DNA of 64,000 nt from Moniliella sp. 'wahieum'. Its lineage: Eukaryota. The DNA is taken from the NCBI GenBank assembly GCA_003971905.1, contig RSEE01000023.1:434001-498000 (forward strand), read 5' to 3'. Below, one piece after another: positions 51,843 through 64,000 of this stretch (positions are counted from its first letter, which is position 1; each line of letters begins with the position of its first letter). The translations under genes were made by a program, and so were the position numbers. The notes beneath the pieces are model-generated. The model saw only the letters and a list, made by a program, of their open reading frames with translations. It did no database searches and was not told the origin of the DNA.

Positions 51843-54800
51843 ATGGACGCCTTCCTCCCCTCGGGGGCAGGCGGCGGCGGCAGTGCGCCCCCCCACCCAT
51901 GCCGCCGACAGCCGTCTGCTCGCCAACCTCATCCGCGCCGAGAAGGACTCGATGGGCGCCCTCGCCCACGCCACCTCCGCCCTCCACACCGCCGCCTCGG
52001 CCCTCGCTGCCTGGGGCGCCGCTGAGGGCTCCGGCGGCGTCGGCGCCACCCCGCCGACATGGCCAGCACCTCCCCGCCGTCGCCGGCCTCCTCCACGCCG
52101 TCGCCGACTCGCAGCGCACCCACGTCGCCGCCATCGACGGCTACCGCGCTGCGCTCAAGGACGTCTTGGCCCGCGAAGATTCCATCCGCGACGTGCTCCG
52201 CGACCGCGACATCCTCGTCAGCCGCTTGATCAAGGCCAGCAAGAAGCGCGTCAAGGACACCGCGTCGATGCGCAGGCCGAGAAGATCAACGAGGCCCAGC
52301 GCGAACTGCGCGCCTGCGAAACTGTCCTCGCCGCCGAACAGGCCGCCTTGGTCGGTGTCAAGCGCCGCACCTTTAAGGAGGCTCTCACCATGCGCGCCAA
52401 GACCATGGGTGACGTGGGCAACGCCATGGTCGAGGCCGCCCAGGAAACCATTATGCTCCTCGATGGCTTTGACTCGCAACGCCCCACGTTTTATCCCGAC
52501 GATGCCTCCACCCACCCTGCCTCGACCCAGACCAACGCGCCCCCCGAGTTTTACTCCCAACCCCCCCGATGATCCAGCCTGCGTATGAACCTGGATCGAC
52601 GTTCCCGGACACGGCGTCCTACGCCGACCCCGGATACGCGCGTACGTTTTCTCTCTCCTCGCCCCCATTCTCGCATGCAACTAACCCCCCCTTCTCTGTC
52701 CGGGTCCACGTCAAAAGAGTCACCTCAGTACCCCCCCGTCCATGTATGCGAATGTTCCTCCCGGCCAACAATTTGGCGCTTCTGACCCACCTGGCGTGCA
52801 CCCCGCCGGCTCCGAGCCGTACGATGCAACGCCTGTGAGTGAAGCGCCCTCGGTTTCTGTTCCTGGTTCTACTGGTTTCCCGTCTGCGTCCACTCGCCCC
52901 CTTCGCTGCGGGGTGCGGTTGCCACGCCTGTCGAACGTCCTTCCATCCCTGCCCCGCACCGCACCCGCCTCAACTCCCAAACTGGAGTTGGCTCTGACGC
53001 CTTCTTCCCATCTGTGTCCGATCCTAACGATGTCCCCCCGATCCGGCGGGGCGCGAACGAGGAAGAAATACGAGAATGGCGTGCCCTTGGACCTCGCCGC
53101 TTTAAAAGCCTATCCGGCGCCCGCGAATGAACACACTGCCCCCCTTAACGCTGGTGGGGTCAGTGGCGGTGCGCCGGTCCTGCCTTCCCCCCACAGCGTT
53201 GCCCCTCTTTCCGCTCCCTTAGGTCCCGGGACTCAAACCGGAACCGGGACTGGGAGCGGTGCCCACTTGGCCCCCACAACAGGCCATTTTAGTGCCTCCT
53301 CCTCCTCCATCCCTACCCCCCTCTCTTTCCCACCAACAACTGCAACACCTCTCTCCCGAACAACACAGCATATTTCGCACAACAACAACAGTTTGCGTCC
53401 CCTTCCCCGGCTCGGTCCATCAACTCTATCCTGGTCCCCCCTGGCTCCGGCTTGCAGCAATCCGGGGTAGCTACTACGACGAGTCATATGCGTCCGTACG
53501 ACAGCCAGGCTTCCCTCGCCGTATAGCGGGCTGCAGCCTCTACCTTTTCGGCTTCCGCCAGCGGTGCAGGCGGCCGAGCGAGCAGCCTGACCAACCCGGC
53601 CTATCTGCCTCACCAGAACAATTATCAACCGGGAACGTTCCAAAACAGCTCGAGCTACCAGCAGGCGCTACAGGGCATCACTTCGAACGAAGAAGGTGGC
53701 GATCCACCTGCCACTGGTCGCTCTGGACCGTCGAAAAAGCCTCGGGCCTTTTGGGACGAATGAGCAAACTTTTCCGTCCCGATAATGTCCCTTCTCTCTC
53801 TCCCGGTGCGGGAGGCAGGCGTGCTTCTCGTGAGGAACCCCAGGAAGAGGACAGTTCCGGGGATGAAAGCGCTCGTTTGCCCGAACCTACCGGCGACGGT
53901 TGGCACACTCGCACTGCTGGTAACCTTCGTTCGATTAAGGGCGAGAGTTCCCGTTCCTTTTGGCTCGGGCTACTGGCCGAGGAGGTGGTGGCTCCTCCTC
54001 AGACGAGGACGAGGGCGAGGTGACCGAGAGACATGTCAATGGCCAGTTCGCTTCGGACGCCGCGTCGACGCGGACGGGCAAACGTTCTCTCCTAAGCCGC
54101 ATGGCTGGCAAGCGGCCGCTGCTACCGAGGAGGTCTCGATATCTAACCGGAGCACACGCGACGAAGACGCGGAAGTGCAACGGCGGGTGCACGAGTCGGT
54201 GGTAGGGGCTGGGATTGGGCGACAACCTGTTCCGCCTGCCCAGAAAGAGCAGGCAGAAGGTAGGTTGGTTCGCTCTGTCTCCAATCCCACCGGTGCCACC
54301 CCGCCGGTCAAGCGCAAGGTGACCAAGAAGGTCAAACGTCCTGCTCGCCCTAGTTCGCGCGCCACGTCGGAACCAGGTAGTGGTGCTGGCGCCAAGCCCG
54401 CCGGGGCTGCCACCACCACCACTGTGAAACGTTCGACCAGTGTGGCGACCAAGCCACGCACTGACGGTAACCGGCGATGCCAGCACAGGGACCCGCCACT
54501 CGCGCATTCTTCCGCCGGACATGGATCCGCGGCCGGTAGCATTCGTCTGTTACCCCGTTGCCGCCAGGGAAGTATGCCATCTCGAACTGGGTGGCCAACT
54601 CCAAGGATGTCCCGTCTGCAGCCAGGCAGCACAGCATAATCCCCGCACGCGTATCTCTTCGGGCCATGTCACCTCCCTCTCGGGCCGACAGGTGGAAGGT
54701 TTCCCCAAGCCCCCCCAGAAGAGGTAGTGGATCGGGACAAGACACCTCGGCCACGTGTGGTTTCAAGCTCAGGTATTTCCCCCGGTATCGGCCCCTTCCC

Positions 54801-56044
54801 GCGGCAACCGGGGTACCACACACCACAGCGATCGAGCCCACCTCGGTTGGACCCGAACCACCCTTGGTCGTGTCGGCGCCGCCTAGGGCACGCGACTTGT
54901 TGAACGCACCCAGTTACCAAGGTCCCAGGGCAAGTATAACTACGTGTCCCCCACGGCTGCGGGGGTTCATGCGCTGCGCACAGGGCGGATGTCAACCCCA
55001 GGTCAACCCAATTACTTGACCCCTACGATCCGCCCGTCGAGGAAGTGCGTCGGGCCGGTACGGCGACTCCAACTGCCCTGGTCGCACACGAACCGCAATC
55101 CGGAACCAAAAAGGTTACCAAACGGTCTACCCTGCCGCGGGTATTTCGCCGCCCGCAGCCGTGTGCATCCAAGCCCAAGGGCAATAGTCTCAGTGCGCCC
55201 TCGACGCCGTTGCCCCCCACGCCGTTGGGGATGAAACGGCACGTGTCCTTAAGTGCCAAACCGACTACGGTGGGCAAACATGTACCTGCCTCGCATGATG
55301 CCCGTCCGCTGTCGCCAGCACTCAAGTCGCCTGTTGGAGACGGCCGCGCGTCGCCAGCGGTGGCGGCGGGCGTGGCTCGACGCAAGTCGGTCCGCATGGC
55401 GCCCGACACCAAGTTTACGAGCACGCGCGCCCCGTCAGTCGTACCGCCACGCCGTCGGTGGGGCAGGCAAAAAGAAAAAAGTGTTCGTACCCCACCAGCA
55501 CCCATCCCAGCTCCCGTGGTTACCATCCCCTTCCAAGTGACCGCACGGGCTCCTCCATCGTTCGTCCGGACCAGGAGGGACCGGCCCGATCCCGTTGGCT
55601 CCGAGCTTGCATCGCGCTCCCTCTCGTACTGCCGCACTCGACTAAGGCCCACCGTGCCCCTCGTACCGGTCGTCCAGCTTCGGCCCCGGCACCTGCCCCT
55701 GTCGTGGCAAGGGTTTCGTTCCCCGAGCACCAGGTTCGAGCTTGGGTGGCACCGGGTTTGTTCCTTCGGCGCCAGGACCGGTGCTGCACCTGTACGACGT
55801 GCCTCTACGTCCCACTCTACTCCTTGACCGCTCCCTTGTCAGCGGGGCGGCGTCCGGCCCGGCGGGGAGACAGGCGCGGCCCAGTTCAGCTGGTTGGACC
55901 ACCCGGATTGGTGCGCTTGCCGATTCTTCGGACGAGGAAGGGCCGGGGGCAGGGGAGGGAGAAGTAGAGTATGCCCAAGCTCGTCGTGCTTTCTCGTCGG
56001 CTTCACGCCACTTGGGCGTGGCAACTCACGCCTCGCGAAAGTAA
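51843..56044 (+). CDS. Large protein with an N-terminal Pil1/Lsp1-like (BAR-type) helical domain and a long Pro/Ser-rich tail; many frameshifts
   Basis: DSRLLANLIRAEK...ASALAAWG; LKDVLAREDSIRDVLRDRDILVSRLIKASKK; KINEAQRELRACETVLAAEQAALVGVKRRTFKEAL; RRKSVRM; ends EYAQARRAF...HASRK*. Confidence 0.65.
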
Positions 56045-57470
56045 TCGGCGTACTCCGCTTCCTTTCCTTCTCCTCCTTGGGACGTATCCTTCTCCTTATC
56101 CTGAGGATTGGGTGCACCAACGTGAAGCGGGACCTGGAGTGGGAACGATCCTTGCGGGATCTCTTGCTCCTGCGCTCTCCCTTTGCTCTCCCTCCTGCTC
56201 ACAATCCTCGCTCTCGATCTCGCTCCTCTCTCCTGCTCCTACCTCCGTCCGCTTCCCCCTCTCATGGCCCCGGCTTCCGTCCCCGTCCCGTCCGCCGTCC
56301 TCGCTCTCGCTCCTCGCTCTTGTCCCCTACCCCCCTTCCTAAGCGCTTGTCTTTTGGTCTTTCGTTGATCCCCGTCTCTTTCCTCCGCTCCCCCACTTCT
56401 CACACTCGTTTCACTGCCCCCCTTCTGTTACACCTAGCCCCTATCCTACCTGGCCTGTACCCCCCTCACTCTCTTTTGCTGCTTACCGGTTTTGCTTCAT
56501 AACCCTTTTTTGGCACCCCTTCCTTTGGAGTTGTAGATGACGCACTAGACTCTTTGAGTGGAGTATGAATTGCTCCACACTTCCCCATCGTGCTCATACC
56601 TCGTCATCCGAACATTTTTTCGACGCCATCTCCCCGCCTCCCCTTCCTGCTAGATACTTCGTGGACCTTGCTCCTTCCTCGTCCCCCTTTGTTCGTCTTT
56701 TCCTCCTCCCGTGAATGCGCTCTTCGCTTTAAAACTTCAAGGGCCTCAGCCCGGCCCAGCCTCAACTCAATCACCATATACGGAGGCTCATCAACATCCC
56801 GCCAGTGGCCGGTGGAACTGCCGTCGCGGTGCTCTAGCTCACGCGCGACTGGCGTGATTGGTGTGGCCCGTGTCCGGTGGCCAGCTTCAAGGTCCACCAC
56901 ATATCGACCATCGTTCTTGCCGTCGGATACCATCCGTGCTCATTGTCAGATCGGTCATGTTAATGCGTATCGAGGAGACCGGAGGCCTCATCTGTTCAGT
57001 CCCGCCTTTCGCCCCCCTACTCGCATCTCGATTGACGAATGTGGAAGAGCAATAAGCGTGTGGGCGCAAGGGCTGCTAAGATGCAAAGCAAGAACAACCC
57101 ACTTTCGCACAGCAGCGTTCAAGTGAACAGTGAAGTGAACATTGCATGCGCTGAGGAAACGATACGGATTGCAACATTCAAGTGTGACTGCTGCGCTGCT
57201 CCGCCGGCTGCCGCGCTGGTCCGTCGGCTGCCGCTGGCGGCCGCGATTAATTTTTGCCCGGAAATCAAACTGCAACACTTGCGGTCAGCCTCCCTGGCAC
57301 TCCAATGAGACCTACTGATCTAACAATCGCCCACACCCACACCGCGCCAACGGGAACTTGACCCATTTATACCTCTCTTGCATCCCGTTTCCATCACTCG
57401 TCCCGCCTCCCCCCCGTGCTCCCTCCTCGCCACCACCCCCTTTCCGTCTCTCTTTCTGTCCGCCGTCCAT

Positions 57471-58372
57471 ATGGTCGCCGCCGCTCCCGCCAAGAAGCTC
57501 CGTGTGCTCTGCCTCCACGGCTACACCTCCAATGCCCTCATCTACCAGAAGCGGTGCGGTTCGCTCCGCAAGAGCCTCAAGTGTACGTTCCTTTGCACCC
57601 ACACCCGCATTGGGAGCACCATGGGATCGTGTACTGCGTACTGCCCCACTTTCTCTGTAGCGGTTGCCGACATGTACTTTATGAATGCGCCGCACATTGT
57701 GCAGCCCATCGGTGCGCTGCAGGAGTCCGAGGCAGAGCCCCGGCGGTGGTGGACGAATCGACACCGTTGGAAGAGCAACCACGTGGGTGGTGGTACTTTG
57801 ACGACAACGAAGGTGCCAAGACGGAAGGAACCCGCATCATTGCCGGGTGGGACAAGACGGTGGCCTACCTCAGCCAACAGCTCACTGAGCACGGTCCCTT
57901 TGATGCGATCCTCGGCTTTAGCCAGGGCGGCTGCCTTGCGCCGCACTCACGTCGGCATTTGAAGACCCCACCCGCTGGCCGGGCCTGCACTTGCACCCCG
58001 ACCAAAAACCCGCCAAGTTCACCGTCATTATTTCGGGGTTCAAGAATGGAGAGGAGCAGTTTGAGGCGCTGTACAAGCAAGGTAAAGACACCGCTTTTGC
58101 TCGTTGTGGGCAAGGAAGACCCCATCGTCGCACCTTCGACGTCCATGTCCCTGATGGACTACAGTGAGGACGTTCGGCTGGAGGAGCACCCAGGCGGTCA
58201 TGCCACCCCGACCCAGGGCCCTTGGCGTAACTTCTTCAAGGACGTGTTCGCTGCCTTTGCCCGCCCAGACGGTCCTGGCGACTGGCATGCCATCCCGGGG
58301 CCAAACGAACGCGCACCGGGCCCTGCTGCTCCTAGCAAACCTGCCAGTGCAGCATCCACGCCCAAAGCCTAA
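57471..58372 (+). CDS. FSH1/OVCA2-family serine hydrolase (one intron near 57583-57660)
   Basis: KLRVLCLHGYTSNA, NAPH, GPFDAILGFSQGG nucleophile elbow, VVGKEDPIV, EHPGGH. Confidence 0.9.
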
Positions 58373-59058
58373 TGCCGAGCAGGCTGACCCGGAAATCAGT
58401 ATAAACGACTTGATGCAATGATGCGGGGCTGTGAGGAGAACTGATGAAAAAGGCTTGTGGGGATGCCGTTATAGAACCGGCGGTGAACAACTGTGTCCGC
58501 ACGGTGTAGCGTAGGGTGGGTAGGTAGGGTACGAGGTGTGAAGTGGGATCATTGCGTTGAAGAAGGAACGGCTGGCAGATAGAGGCCGGGCGCAGTGTAG
58601 CCTGGCTGTGTTGGGGCCAAGGACCCTTTTACCGGGGGATGATCGGATGACCGATCGATGACGATGGCCATGTAACATGTAACGTGAACGGTGAGCGGCT
58701 GAGCGCGAGCAGCGAACGTTGAAGTTGAACGTTCAAGTTGAACATTGAACATTGCGTGGGCGAAGGTTGCAAACCAAGGGGAGTCTGCCCACAGTAGGGT
58801 TCGAAACAGAAACCCACCGCAGTAGCCTCCCGTCTGTCCAGTGTAGTGCCTGGAAAACCCAACGGAGCACTAGGCCAGAGCAAAGTTCAACCCTAGCGCC
58901 ATCTGTCCTCCCGCTTGCCCCCCGCCAGTGTGCTGGGCCGGGCGAGGAGATGGAAGGCGGCTGCTTGCTCTCCTCCCCTCCAGCCACACCTTCTGTGAGT
59001 CGCTTGCCCTGGCGCTGTGCTGCTTCGTCGCGCCCCCACTAACCCCGGACAGACTACA

Positions 59059-59648
59059 ATGGGTCGTGTTATTCGCTCCCAGCGCAAGTCGGGTGGCATC
59101 TTTAAGTCGCACTCGTCCCACCGCACCGCGCCGGCCAAGCTGCGCACGGTCGACTTTGCCGAGCGCAACGGCTACATTCGTGGTGTTGTGCGCGAGATTG
59201 TGCACGATGCCGGCCGCGGCGCTCCTTGGCAAGGTGACCTTCCGTGACCCGTACCGCTACAAGCTGCGTACCGAGCACTTTATCGCCACCGAGGGCATGT
59301 CCACCGGCCAGTTTGTCTACTGCGGCAAGCGCGCCGCGCATTCCGTGGGCAATGTGCTGCCCCTGTCGGCTCCCGAGGGTACGATTGTGTGCAACGTGGA
59401 GGAGAAGGCTGGGACCGCGGCACGCTTGCCCGTGCTTCGGGCAACTACGCCACCCATTGGCACGATGCCGACGGCAAGACGTCGCGTATCCGTCTGCCTT
59501 CTGGCGCCAAGAAGATTGTTCGTCGGCGTCGCGCGCGACGGTGGGCATCGTGGCCGGTGGTGGCCGCATTGACAAGCCGCTGCTCAAGGCCGGCCGTGCG
59601 TTCCACAAGTACCGCGTCAAGCGCAACTCGTGGCCGCGTACTCGTGGT

Positions 59649-59680
<32 letters not shown>

Positions 59681-59810
59681 TGGTGGTAACCACCAGCACA
59701 TTGGTCACGCATCGACCATCTCCCGCTGGGCCCCGGCTGGTCAGAAGGCTGGTCTGATCGCTGCCCGCCGCACGGGTCTGATCCGCGGTACGCTCAAGAA
59801 GGGCGACTAA
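59059..59810 (+). CDS. RPL2: 60S ribosomal protein uL2, indel-frameshifted
   Basis: [10 protein letters not shown]...[77 protein letters not shown]. Confidence 0.96.
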
Positions 59811-60225
59811 GCACATGGCGATGGTTGGATTGGACGTGCCTACGCGGCCGCTCGATCGCATCCTACTCCCCCTCCATGCCGCTGCCGCTGCAGCTTGGCT
59901 GTCTCTATGCTGTAAAACTTCCATTGCTCGTTGTGGGCATCAATGGATTCCCTGTCCTTCCAGGACGCCCCCTCTTTGTTACTTTGATTTGCATATAGTT
60001 GAAGGTCCCAACTAGTCAACATCAGCCTGTCGTGCCTCCTGCCTGCCAACCTGGCATCATGCTTTCCACCACATCTCTGCAGCTTATTCGCACCCCCCTT
60101 CATATTGATGTCTGGTCAACTATCCGTCGAGCAGCTTGCTGGCAGGCATACAAGAATTACATTTCCTCCTCTTTTTTTTATCTTAACCCCTGGTGGCCGT
60201 CGCTTGCGCCACTCACCATCTAGAA

Positions 60226-64000
<3,775 letters not shown>

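Overview
Eukaryotic (fungal) genomic DNA, most likely a basidiomycete of the Ustilaginomycotina. This is inferred from the Vac8, Pil1-like and RPB2 peptides and from the few short GT-AG introns. The assembly carries many single-base indels: nearly every conserved gene is frameshifted, so reading frames were reconstructed by eye. Housekeeping content is RPS6/RPS13 head-to-head, RPL13, a SYM1/Mpv17-like gene, PAB1, VAC8, an SPX-RING ligase, HSP78/ClpB, a PRELI protein, a Tvp38-like protein, two UIM-rich paralogs, two intron-containing tRNA-Leu genes, a Pil1-like protein, an FSH1-family hydrolase, RPL2 and the 3' part of RPB2. Four things stand out. (1) A ~1.2 kb intein with a LAGLIDADG-type endonuclease domain sits in RPB2 at [13 protein letters not shown]. 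(2) A non-autonomous LTR element has three LTRs, two forming a head-to-head palindrome, and the whole unit is flanked by one 5-bp target-site duplication. (3) Intergenic tandem 7-mer arrays of many different sequences all follow one rule (4-bp palindrome + TGA/TCA/TAA/TTA). (4) There is a three-gene cluster of secreted-protein paralogs with a recent inverted duplication.
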